32,000 nucleotides of DNA, taken from the NCBI GenBank assembly GCA_965227835.1, contig OZ245768.1:1290001-1322000 (forward strand), written 5' to 3'. The DNA comes from Candidatus Saccharimonadota bacterium (GTDB lineage: Bacteria; Patescibacteriota; Gracilibacteria; BD1-5; UBA6164). The translations under genes were made by a program, and so were the position numbers. The notes below the pieces were generated by a model. It saw only the letters and a program-made list of their open reading frames with translations. It did no database searches and was not told where the DNA came from. Shown here one piece after another: positions 9,641 to 19,950 of this stretch; within the stretch, counting starts at the first letter, position 1; each line of letters begins with the position of its first letter.

Positions 9641-9847
9641 ATGATCAATAGTATGGAACATGCCAAAATAGTGCAAGCAAGAAGAAAAGCTCAAGGAAAA
9701 AGTGGAGTGTCAAAAGCTGTACGAAACTTCTTGAAGCGTGAAGCTGGAATTACTGGTAGCCAAGGTCGTGCTTATCATTGTGGAAGTGTGGATAAACGTA
9801 CTCTCCGTAATGCCAAGTACCATGCCTTACTCAAAGAGCTTCCATAG
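9641..9847 (+). CDS. Small very basic protein, 68 aa, TGA-free and compositionally atypical (about 42% GC).
   Basis: GGAG at 9631-9634 lies 6 nt before the ATG. The ORF is ATG to TAG. All 6 Gly are GGN. Of 7 Arg, 4 are CGT and 1 is CGA, while the rest of the window uses almost only AGA. I counted 87 G+C in 207 nt. A strong terminator follows. I recognise no family. Confidence 0.6.
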   Translation: MINSMEHAKIVQARRKAQGKSGVSKAVRNFLKREAGITGSQGRAYHCGSVDKRTLRNAKYHALLKELP

Positions 9848-9865
9848 GCATTATGGTAAGTATAG

Positions 9866-9900
9866 AGGTCCTATCTTGTAAAAGATAGGACCTTATTTTA
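9866..9900 (+). terminator. Intrinsic terminator after the 68-aa ORF.
   Basis: A 12-bp perfect stem, AGGTCCTATCTT (9866-9877) with AAGATAGGACCT (9882-9893), and loop GTAA. TATTTTATGATTTTTTT follows. Confidence 0.75.
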
Positions 9901-9919
9901 TGATTTTTTTACAAACTTT

Positions 9920-12085
9920 TTAAAAAATTCTTTTTAAGGATACTCTTCATTTTTCTAAATCAATTTGTATTATTTCAAATTCTACCATCTCTCCTATTTT
10001 TAAAATATCTCATATATTTGAAATTCTTGAACTAGATAGTTTTGATATATGAATCATTCAAGAATTTTTTCATCTGTATTCTACTATAACTCACACACCA
10101 TCTATTATTTTCACTACTTTTCATTTATCTCTATAACCTACTTCAGGTACCCATAAAATTTCTTTTATTTCAGCTATAGCTTTTTCTCATCAAGCTTGAT
10201 CTTTTGCTGTAATACTAGTCCTTCAATCATCTTCTATAGATATTTTTACATTGTAGCTTTCTTCTATTCTTTGAACATTTTCTCATCATTTTCAAATTAC
10301 AGCAGATATTTTAGAAACAGGTACATCTAGAGACATTATAAGTGGGGCATAAGGTGATAATTCTTCAGATACTTTTTCTTGTATACCAAGCATTTTATCT
10401 AAAATATAGCTTGTTGCTTCTTCTCACTGAGTTAAAGCATTTTTAAAAACTTCCATTTTAAGTCATTTGATTTTCACATCAAGTTGTAAAGCTGTAATAC
10501 CTTTTTTTGTTCTGGCTAGTTTGAAATCCATATCTCACAAGAAATCTTCTTGAGCTTGTATGTCGCTAAGTATTTTATAATTTCAGCTTTCTTCATCGTA
10601 TATCATTCACATAGCTACTCAAGCAACAGGGGATTTAATAGGTACTCATGCTTGCATAAGACTCATTGTAGAACCACAAACTGATGCCATGGAGCTAGAA
10701 CCATTACACGTAGTGATTTCACTTACAACTCTTATGGTATATGGAAATTCTTCTTCTGTTGGTAATACTGGAATAAGGGCTCTTTCAGCTAGAGCTCCAT
10801 GTCATATTTCTCTCCTTCATACTCATCTAATCATTCTCACTTCACCTACCGAATATGGAGGAAAATTATAATGATGCATATATCTTTTCGTGCTTTTAGG
10901 CATCATTCCTTCCATAGTGAGTTTATCTTCTGGTCAAGCTAAGGTAACTATTGATAAAGCTTGTGTCATTCCTCTAGAAAAAAGAGCACTTCCATGGACT
11001 CTTGGCAATATTCAAGTTTCTCCCCATACTTCTCTTACTTCATCTAATTTTCTAAGATCAAGTCTTTTATCTTTTTCTAAAATATTTTTTCTGCTTATTT
11101 CTTTTACTCTTTTATATACTAAAGCTCAAACAAAGCTTGAATCATCTTCTTCTAGAATTATATCTTTTGAAATTAATAAATTTTTAAGTTCTATATCTAG
11201 ATTATCAAGTTCTTTTTGAAACTCTTTTTTCCCTTTTCCGTAAAGACATTCTAGTTTTTTCTCATTTAAAAATTCTGAAGCTATTTCATAAAGAGATGTA
11301 TCAGGATTATTATAAGTTGCTTCTATCTCGGGAGTTTCAAACACTTTTTTATACTCTTCTATAAAATCAATTTGAGCATTGCATATATCTTTTATTATAT
11401 TGTGTGCAAATTCAAGTCATTCAAGCATTTTTTCATCACTTATTTCGCTTGCTCAAGCTTCAACCATAGTTATAGCATCTAGAGTTCATGCTACTACTAA
11501 ACTTAGTTTAGAATTATTTTCTTCTTCAAGTTTGGGGTCAAATATGAATTTATCACTAGAGTCCATTATTACTTTAACTCCTGAAACTGGTCATTGGAAT
11601 GGTGCACTTGTCATCATTAAAGCTAGGGATGATGAGCTTATTCACCAGCTTCAAAGATCCTTTTCTCCGGTTGCTGATAATACTGTCACCAGTATTTGAG
11701 TATCATTTATTAATCCTTTCGGAAACATTGGTCTTATAGGCCTGTCAATTAATCTAGAAGTTAAAGTTGCATTATCTGATGGCCTTGCTTCTCTTCTTTG
11801 GAATCTATTTCCTCATATTATACCTGTTGCATAAAATTTTTCTTGAAAATCCACTACTAGTGGGAAAAAATCAGCTTGTTCGTTCAATCATTCTGTTTTA
11901 AATCAAACAGAAGTAAAAATTACATTTCCCTCTGTATCACTCATTGTAACTGAACCTGAACTAAGAAGTCATATTTTTCATGTTTCAAAAAAATATTTTT
12001 TCCCTCATATTTCATAGCTTTTTTTAATAGCTTTTATATGAGGGGCATTTTTGTCCGATATTTGTTGCATAAAAAAAATTTATCA
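9920..12085 (-). CDS. pnp: Polyribonucleotide nucleotidyltransferase (PNPase), 721 aa.
   Basis: The N-terminal part reads [32 protein letters not shown] and the C-terminal S1 domain reads [31 protein letters not shown] checked the whole frame codon by codon for TAA/TAG. The start is taken as the in-frame ATG at 12083-12085. The ATG at 12067-12069 is out of frame. Confidence 0.88.
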
Positions 12086-12103
12086 TATAAATAAATAATT
12101 TTT

Positions 12104-12172
12104 TAGGACAAATAATGAAATAACCCAATAAATAATTTCTTATTTGCTAAGTAATTTCATCATTCGTTGTCC
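12104..12172 (-). promoter_or_regulatory. Long imperfect hairpin in the pnp 5' leader.
   Basis: AGGACAAATAATGAAAT (12104-12120) is an imperfect reverse complement of ATTTCATCATTCGTTGTCCT (12153-12172), with a 32-nt loop. On the coding strand it sits 19 nt upstream of the chosen pnp start. Confidence 0.4.
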
Positions 12173-12350
12173 TTTAAAAATTATTCGTGAGAGAATTATA
12201 TAAAAAGTATTTGAAAATACAAAAATTGATTTTTTAAAATAAAAGATTTTATTTCTAACTCGAGACTTTATAAAATTAAAATTTCCTATACAATACCTTT
12301 TCATATAATTGAAAAATAAAAGCTAATTATTTAAACATTAAAAACATTAA

Positions 12351-14318
12351 ATGAATTTAGAAAACATAAGAAACTTTTGTATTATAGCTCATATAGATCA
12401 TGGTAAATCAACCTTGGCAGATAGGCTTTTAGAAATTACAGGAACTATTGATAAAAGAGAGATGAAACATGGTCAAATACTTGATACTATGGATTTAGAA
12501 CAAGAAAGAGGTATAACCATAAAGTTACAGCCTGTTAGGATGAATTATAAATGATATGAGATGAATATAATTGATACACCAGGACATGTGGATTTTTGGT
12601 ATGAAGTATCAAGGAGTTTAGCTTCTGTAGAATGAGCTCTTTTGATAGTAGATGCTACCCAAGGTATTGAAGCCCAAACCCTTTCCAATGTATATATGGC
12701 TATAGAAAACGATCTAGATATTATACCTATAATAAACAAAATAGACCTCCCTGCATCAAATGTAGAAAAAGTTACAGAAGAAATAGTATCCCTTCTTTGA
12801 TGTGATAAGGACGAAATAATACCTGTTTCTGCTAAAACCTGAGAAAATGTGGAAAAAGTATTAGATGCAGTTATAGAAAGAGTAAAAAAACCAAAAATAT
12901 TTAGTGAAAACGAAAGTCTAAAAAATGAAGATGATGAGCTAAAAGCCTTGGTTTTTGATAGTCAATATGATTCATATAGATGAGTAGTAAGTTATGTAAA
13001 AGTCTTTCAGTGAGAAATAAAAAAATGAGACACTCTTTATTTTCTAAATACTTCTAAAAAAATAGAAGCTTTGGAAGTAGGGTATTTTTCTCCTAAATAT
13101 ATAACTGATGATAAAATATCCACTGGTTCTGTATGATACGTAGTAACTTGATTGAAAAAAATCAGAGATGCAAAAGTGTGAGACACCCTGTGGAAACCTA
13201 GCAATGTAAATTGACCCAAAGATAAATGTGAAGATGCAGAATCTATAGAATGATTTGGTGAAGTAAAACCTTTTATATTTGCAGGTATATTCCCCATATC
13301 AAGTGATGAATACCCTTCTTTAAAAGACGCAGTTGAGAAACTGATACTAAACGACTCTGCACTATCTATAGAACCCTCTGTTTCTCCAGCTTTAGGACAT
13401 TGATATAGGTGCTGATTCCTATGATTACTTCATTTAGATATAGTAAAAGAAAGACTTTTTAGAGAATCATGAATGGATGTGATAATGACTTCTCCTCAAG
13501 TTACCTACAGAATAAAATTATTTTGAGATAAAAGAAGTGAGTATTCTAGGTTTTCTCCTGAAATATTTAAAATATCTTCAAACAAAGATTCCTATGATAA
13601 CAAAAATATTGAAATAGTTAATGATGATCAATCTTTTCAAAGTGATCAAAAAAACAGTGATGTGTATACTTATGCTTATATATCTAATCCAGAAGATCTA
13701 CCACCAAGAGATAAATACATTTCTATAGAAGAGCCTATTTCAAAAATAGAAATAATTAGTCCAAAAGAATATATGTGAGACTTAATGCAATTGTCCCAAG
13801 AAAAAAGAGGTATTTTTAAAAATAGCCAGTTTATAGATTCAGACAGGGTAATGTTGATTTATGAACTACCCACAAATGAGTTAATATGAGATTTTTATGA
13901 TGAAATAAAATCTTTATCATCGGGTTATGCTTCTTTGAATTATGAATTTGTAAAATTTAGGGAAGATGATATGGTCAAACTTGATATATTAATAGCCGAT
14001 GAAAAAATAGATGCACTTGGTTTTATATGCCATAAAAAACAAGCTAATTATATATGATGAAAAATATGTGCTAAGCTAAAAACAAATATACCAAGAGCTC
14101 AGTTTGCTATAAAAATACAAGCTGCAGTATGATCAAAAGTTGTTGCTAGAGAAACTTTATCTGCATTTAGAAAAGATGTTACAGGACATTTGTATTGAGG
14201 AGATGTTAGCCGTAAAAAGAAACTCTTGGAAAAACAAAAAAAAGGAAAAAAGAGGATGAAACAGTTTGGTAGTGTAAGTCTACCTAGTGAAGTTTTTGTA
14301 AATCTACTAAAAAAATAA
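12351..14318 (+). CDS. lepA: Elongation factor 4 (LepA), 655 aa.
   Basis: The protein reads [56 protein letters not shown] (the G of EGA is TGA at 12633-12635), and the C-terminal [23 protein letters not shown] scanned all codons. It ends at TAA 14316-14318. Confidence 0.92.
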
Positions 14319-14520
14319 AAAACCCGTTTGGTTTTTTTATTTTTTTAATAAAGTATGTTATGATGTTATTCTAAATGTTCTAAATACCAAAAATGTGTGC
14401 TAAAAAGGTATAGATTTTTTGCATTAAATAAGGAAGTAATAAGACATATTTATGTAGTTTAAAAAGTAAAATTTTATTATTTTTCTTGATAGTATTTATT
14501 TTAAAATTAACAAAAAAATT

Positions 14521-15270
14521 ATGGATAGAGAGATATTTTATGCTTTGGGAGTTATCTTTGTAGGTTTGTTTTTTGGTTTTTTAGAAAAGTTTTTGAGAAA
14601 GAAAAAGGTAAGCAATAATTATAGGAGAATTATAACATCTATTTTTATAATATTAATATCTGTTTGAATTATAATTGAAACAGGAATAATAAACCTTAGT
14701 GATTTATCTTCAATTTCTTTTTACAAAGAATTATTTCCAGTAATTATAGTTTTTTTATGTTTTTTATGAGCGATATTATTTCATTTAGCAAGGATAAGTG
14801 TATGAAAACTTAATATAGATGTTTTTTGAGAGAACTTTGTTTCTTGAGATGAGATAAATTGAGAGTTAAGTATAAAACTCAAAAATCCCACTAGAAATGC
14901 AAATTTATTTGTTTATCTTAGATGATATGATTATAGACGTAAATCTAGAGGTTGAAGTCGTTTATATAAAAAATATGAAGAAAAAATTATACTTGAAGAA
15001 GATAAATCATTTGAGCCTAACTATGATTTAAAATACAAATTTAGTTTCAAAGCACCTTATCTTCAATGAAAAGGTAATGAAGTAAATAGTTTTTTAGAAA
15101 ACAGTTGATTTAGTGAAGAAAAAAAAGAAAAAATACTAAATACACAAAAAAAGGTACTAGACAGTTTTTGAGATTCTATTAATCGTTGGGCAATAGAAGC
15201 TAGACTTGATAAAAAAGGAATAGATTTATATGAAGATGTAAGAATAATAATTACTAGAAATACTAAATAA
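14521..15270 (+). CDS. Hypothetical membrane protein, 249 aa, with three N-terminal hydrophobic helices and a soluble C-terminal half.
   Basis: I checked the frame by hand. It contains 12 in-frame TGA and ends at TAA 15268-15270. Hydrophobic segments are FYALGVIFVGLFFGF, IITSIFIILISVGIIIETGII and LFPVIIVFLCFLGAILF. No family recognised. Confidence 0.6.
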
Positions 15271-15274
15271 GGAA

Positions 15275-15673
15275 CTAAAAAAATTTAGCATGCCCAATGC
15301 ATTCAGAACCAAAAATAAAATGCCTCTTTATACCTAAACAAGAACAAATTTTTTTCTGTCAATAAAGACCATAGGAGTAACATTTAGGGAATTCGATAGG
15401 AATTAAAAGCATTGTAGAATGTATCAAAATAAAAAAAGCTACAATTATTATATTAATGGCTTTTCTTTTTTTATAAAAAAAATACCAAATTAATAAAGTG
15501 TGAATTAAAACAAATATAATAGTAATAACTCCAAAATGAATTGCTGAATGTATTCCGAAAAATTCATCTCCCGTAAAAGGAATCAAAAAGTAAAGAAATA
15601 AGCTACCAAAAAGAGTTAGAATAAATAACAAAAATTTTTTAAAATCAAATATTTTTTTTATACCCTTTTTCAT
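15275..15673 (-). CDS. Hypothetical small multi-pass membrane protein, 132 aa.
   Basis: The track ORF 15359..15673 ends at a TGA. Reading through it extends the protein by 28 aa to TAG at 15275-15277. It converges on the previous gene with a 4-nt gap. Confidence 0.55.
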
Positions 15674-15797
15674 ACTAAAATTTAAATGTTTCAGTTAAAA
15701 ATTTTACTGGAAGATTTTCTTAATTTTAAATCATTTATTTTTATACATTGAGCTTATCTATTTCAAACACCTTTCAAATAAAATTTACTTCTTTTCC

Positions 15798-17945
15798 CTA
15801 ATCCTCTTCAGGAAGTTTAAATCATCTTTCTTCTCTAATACTTGAGGCAACATTTGTAGGAACTTCTTCATAATGATCAAACTCCATAGAATAAGTAGCT
15901 CTTCATTGAGAAGCAGATCTAAGTTCGGTCATATATCCAAACATTTCTGATAAAGGTACAAAAGCAGAAACTATCTTTGCTTGTCCTCTATCTCACATCT
16001 CTTCTATTCTACCCCTCTTAGAATTTATTTGCCCTATTATATCACCCATATATTCTTCAGGAGTATTTACCTCTATTTTCATTATTGGTTCAAGTAAAAC
16101 AGCTTGAGCTTTTTTACATGCATCCCTAAAGGCTTTAGATGCAGCTATTTTAAATGCAAGTTCACTAGAATCCACGTCATGAAACGATCAAAATGTAAGA
16201 GTAGCTTTTATATCAACCATAGGATAACCAGCTACGAAACCTCTAGCATAAGCTTCTTTTAGACCTTTTTCAACCCCTGGAATATACTCTTTAGGGATTA
16301 TTCATCAAACTATTTTATTTACAAACTTATTTGTAGCCTTTTCTTTTAACTCATTTTTATTATCCTCTTCATCCATTTCCTTGTAAGGTTCAAATGTAAT
16401 CACTACATGACCATACTGTCCTCTACCTCAAGTTTGTTTTGAATATTTATGTTCTACATCACTAGCAGTAACTTTTATTGTTTCTCTATAAGATACTTGA
16501 GGTGATCATACATTACATTCTACATTGAATTCTCTTTTCATCCTATCAACTATTATATCTAAATGTAGCTCTCACATACCCGATATAATGGTTTGTCATG
16601 TTTCTTCATCTGTTTTAACTCTAAAACTTGGATCCTCTTCAGCAAGTTTACTAAGAGCTATACCCATTTTTTCTTGATCTCATTTTGATTTTGGTTCTAC
16701 TGATATAGATATAACTGGTTCTGGAAATTCAATAGACTCTACTAAAAATTTGTCATTCATATCACATAGTGTATCTCATGTCTTTGTTCATTTTAATCAA
16801 ACTATAGCTCATATATTACCTGTTGTAATTTCAGAAATTTCCTCCCTAGAATTAGAATGCATTTGTAAAAGTCTACCAACTCTTTCTTTGCTACCTGTAG
16901 TTGAATTGTATACATAGGATCATGATTTAAGGCTACCTGCATATACTCTGGTAAAACAAAGTGTTCCCACGAAGGGATCAGTAGCTATTTTGAAAGCTAT
17001 TGCAGCCAAAGGAGAATCGTTTGAAACATTTATTTCTTTTATTATTTCACCTGTATCTACATTTTTTACACCAAGTTTTCATTCATTTACATCAAGGGGT
17101 CATGGTAAAAATTCAACAGCAGCATCTATAACCATTTGTACTCAAATATTTTGTAAAGCAGAACCACATGTAACTGCATATAGTTCATTGTTACATACTC
17201 ATTTTCTAAGTCATTTTTTTATTTCTTCTACACTTAATTCTCAAGAATCAAAATATTTTTCCATCAAAGCATCATCCTGTTCTGCAACCTTTTCTATCAA
17301 TTCAAGTCTTAGAGCTTCACATTTATCTTTTATAGAGCTTGGAATTTCTATTTCTGTTATTTTTTCACCAGAATCTCACTGGAAATGATAAGCTTTCATT
17401 TCTATTATATCAACTATTCACTCAAAGGTTTCAGCTGAACCTATTGGGTAAGCTATAGCAACTACTTTGTTTCAAGCAAGTCTTTTCTTGATAGAGTCCA
17501 TAGTCATATCAAAATCTCAACCCATTTTGTCCATCTTATTTACAAAAGCTATTCTAGGAACTGAATATTTATCTGCTTGTTTCCATACAGTTTCTGATTG
17601 AGGTTCTACTCATTGAGATGCATCAAAAACAGCAACTCATCCATCTAATACCCTAAGAGACCTTTCTACCTCAATAGTGAAATCCACATGCCCTGGAGTA
17701 TCTATTATATTTATTTGATGATCTTTCCAAAAAGCTGTAGTAGCCGCAGATGTAATTGTAATACCTCTTTCTTTTTCTTGAGCCATCCAGTCCATTGTTC
17801 ATTCTCAATCATGGGTTTCTCCTATTTTGTGTATTTTTCATGTGTAGAAAAGTATTCTTTCTGTGGTAGTTGTTTTTCAAGCATCTATATGCGCAATTAT
17901 TCATATATTTCTCACATTTTCTAGAGGAATTTTTGCTTTGGTCAT
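15798..17945 (-). CDS. fusA: Elongation factor G, 715 aa.
   Basis: The N-terminus reads [70 protein letters not shown]...DTPGHVDFT. Both P-loop glycines are TGA (17901-17903 and 17877-17879). The full frame is scanned and ends at TAG 15798-15800. No rpsL or rpsG lies upstream and tuf is about 12.5 kb away. Confidence 0.92.
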
Positions 17946-18103
17946 AAAGTTTATTTATTAAAATTATATTTTTGTAAAAAGCCTATCTTTTAGCAATTTT
18001 TATTATTTTTTTATGCATTTAAATAAGTCTTTTTTGCACGGGAATACTAGTAAAAAGTTTGTTAAAGTCAAATTTATGTAAAAGGGGTAAAAATAAAAGA
18101 TTT

Positions 18104-18769
18104 TTATATTTCTTCTATTTCTAGATCTTTTATTTTTTTAAGTATTTCTTTTACTATGAACTCTGATATATTGAAAGATTCTCCTTTATCTATAGAAACA
18201 TTTATGCTTTCTAGAAAGAATGAAAAAACACTTGATGTAAAATTTAGGATACTTTCATCTTTCATGTCCAATAGTTCTATAAGTCTTTTATTTAACAGAT
18301 GAGAATAATCAACTGATACACAAGAAATTATATCTTCAATCCAAGAATTTATTCTGTTTTTTATTTTATCGTCTATGTTTTTATCATCAAAAGCCACTTT
18401 TTCTTCAGATTTATAATCAAATTCTATCAGGGTTATAGAGTTTGATTCTCTGATTTTATTAGATATATCTATATATATCAAAGACACTATTCAAAGCAGA
18501 AAATTTGAAGGGTATCATTTATCTAAAAGTAGAAAAAGCTTTGATAGAATATTATCAAATTTTTTATTTATTATCATTTTTACCAAAAAATTTGCCAAAA
18601 TCATATCAGATTTTTTGGCTTTTTTCTCATCTTTTCTTGTTCTTTGTATTCAAGATCAAGCTTTTCTAATTTGTTCTTTAAATTTTTCAGATACTTCTTT
18701 ACCTTTTTCAGATGAATTTCAAGATCATTCTTGTGATTCTATGTCAGGAGTGAACTCTTCTAAAGACAT
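18104..18769 (-). CDS. Hypothetical protein, 221 aa.
   Basis: Reading through 7 TGA extends the track ORF 18104..18487 upstream to the ATG at 18767-18769. The N-terminus is charged (MSLEEFTPDIESQEGSGNSSEKGKE). No family recognised. Confidence 0.55.
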
Positions 18770-18979
18770 TATTTTTTAATAAATATTTATTTGTGCCTTA
18801 TTATAAATTTTTTTTGTTTTTTTCAAAATTATAATAGGGTTTATGACTATCTGTATCTCTCGTATAGTTTGTGATATTAAGGAAACCCTGAAAAATTCAT
18901 TTAAAAGAAAAATTACATAAATATTCTTGGTAAAAAATACAAGTTTAGTATATTTATGTAGTTTTTAAAATTTTAAAAA

Positions 18980-19867
18980 ATGTATTTAGAAAAACTGAAA
19001 AAATTTTTGGACAAGAAATCTAGTAAAAAGAAGCTTATAGTTGTTTATTGACCTACAGCCTGCTGAAAAACATGACTTTCACTGGATATTTCTAAAAAAC
19101 TTAAAACTGAAATAATTAGCACTGATTCTAGGCAGGTTTATAAAGGTATTGATATATGAACTGCGAAGATAAAAAAAGAAGATATGCTAGGGATAAAACA
19201 CCATATGATTGATATTATAGAAATCTCCCAAAACTATAGTGTTTGAGAATTTAAAAGTGAAGTTTCAAAGATTATAGATTTTTTACACAAAAAAGAAAAA
19301 ATACCTGTTTTGGTTTGATGAACAGGACTTTATATTGACAGTATAATTTATGATTTTGATATACCAAGAATACCAGCAGATTTAGATTTAAGAAATGATT
19401 TAATTGCAAAATCAAAAAATTTTTGAGATAGATGTTTATATGATTATTTATTAGAAATAGACCCAGTATATGCTAAAACTATACATCCTAACAATTTGAA
19501 CTATATAATAAGAGCTTTGGAAGTGAAAATACTTAGTTGAAAATCCAAAGTTGAATTTATCTCAAAAAAAACTTTTAGATACAATACTTTTTTTATAACT
19601 CCTTATGATTGAGATAGAAAAAAGCTGTATGAAAGAATAGATGAGAGAGTTGATATTATGCTTGAAGAAGGATTATTAAACGAACTTAAAAATCTTTTGA
19701 AAAAATACAAAAAAACAGATTTTGGTTTTAAAACAATTTGATATGAAGAACTTATAAGATATATTGATTGAGAATTGAGCTTAGAAGAAGCAAAAACTCT
19801 TATAAAGAAAAATTCTAGAAATTATGCCAAAAGACAGCTTACATGGTTTAGGAAATATTGAAAATAG
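18980..19867 (+). CDS. miaA: tRNA dimethylallyltransferase MiaA, 295 aa.
   Basis: The P-loop reads VVYGPTACGKTGLS with TGA at 19049, 19064 and 19073. ISTDSRQVYKGIDIGTAKI follows. The frame is scanned and ends at TAG 19865-19867. Confidence 0.88.
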
Positions 19868-19950
19868 ATTTTTTTAGAATTGCATAAATTTATACTTAAT
19901 CTCTTGTAATGATAAATAATTCACTAAATTTTTTTCTTAAAAATATTTAA

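Noticed and set aside
9595-9900. The GC-rich 9641-9847 interval as a structured RNA (SRP, 6S, tmRNA or RNase P) rather than a CDS.
   Set aside because: I could not find the SRP domain IV, tmRNA or RNase P signature sequences. The interval has a well-spaced GGAG plus ATG and an open 68-codon frame. This is not fully excluded, so it stays flagged as a check under the corresponding finding.
10689-11699. Plus-strand track ORFs 10689..10871, 10890..11219 and 11379..11699.
   Set aside because: They are antisense to the intact pnp gene. Their products are low-complexity Ser/Leu-rich sequences with no motifs. They are shadow ORFs created by AT-rich codon bias.
12067-12069. The ATG at 12067-12069 as the pnp start codon.
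   Set aside because: Careful indexing shows it is out of frame with the PNPase reading frame. The in-frame ATG is at 12083-12085.
12545-13297. Minus-strand track ORFs 12545..12739 and 13037..13297.
   Set aside because: They are antisense to lepA.
14319-14345. AAAAAACCCGTTTGGTTTTTTT after lepA as an intrinsic terminator.
   Set aside because: The stem has only 2-3 G-C pairs and otherwise A-T pairing, which is too weak to call with confidence.
16990-17924. Plus-strand track ORFs 16990..17388 and 17688..17924.
   Set aside because: They are antisense to fusA, whose minus-strand frame is continuous and strongly EF-G-like.
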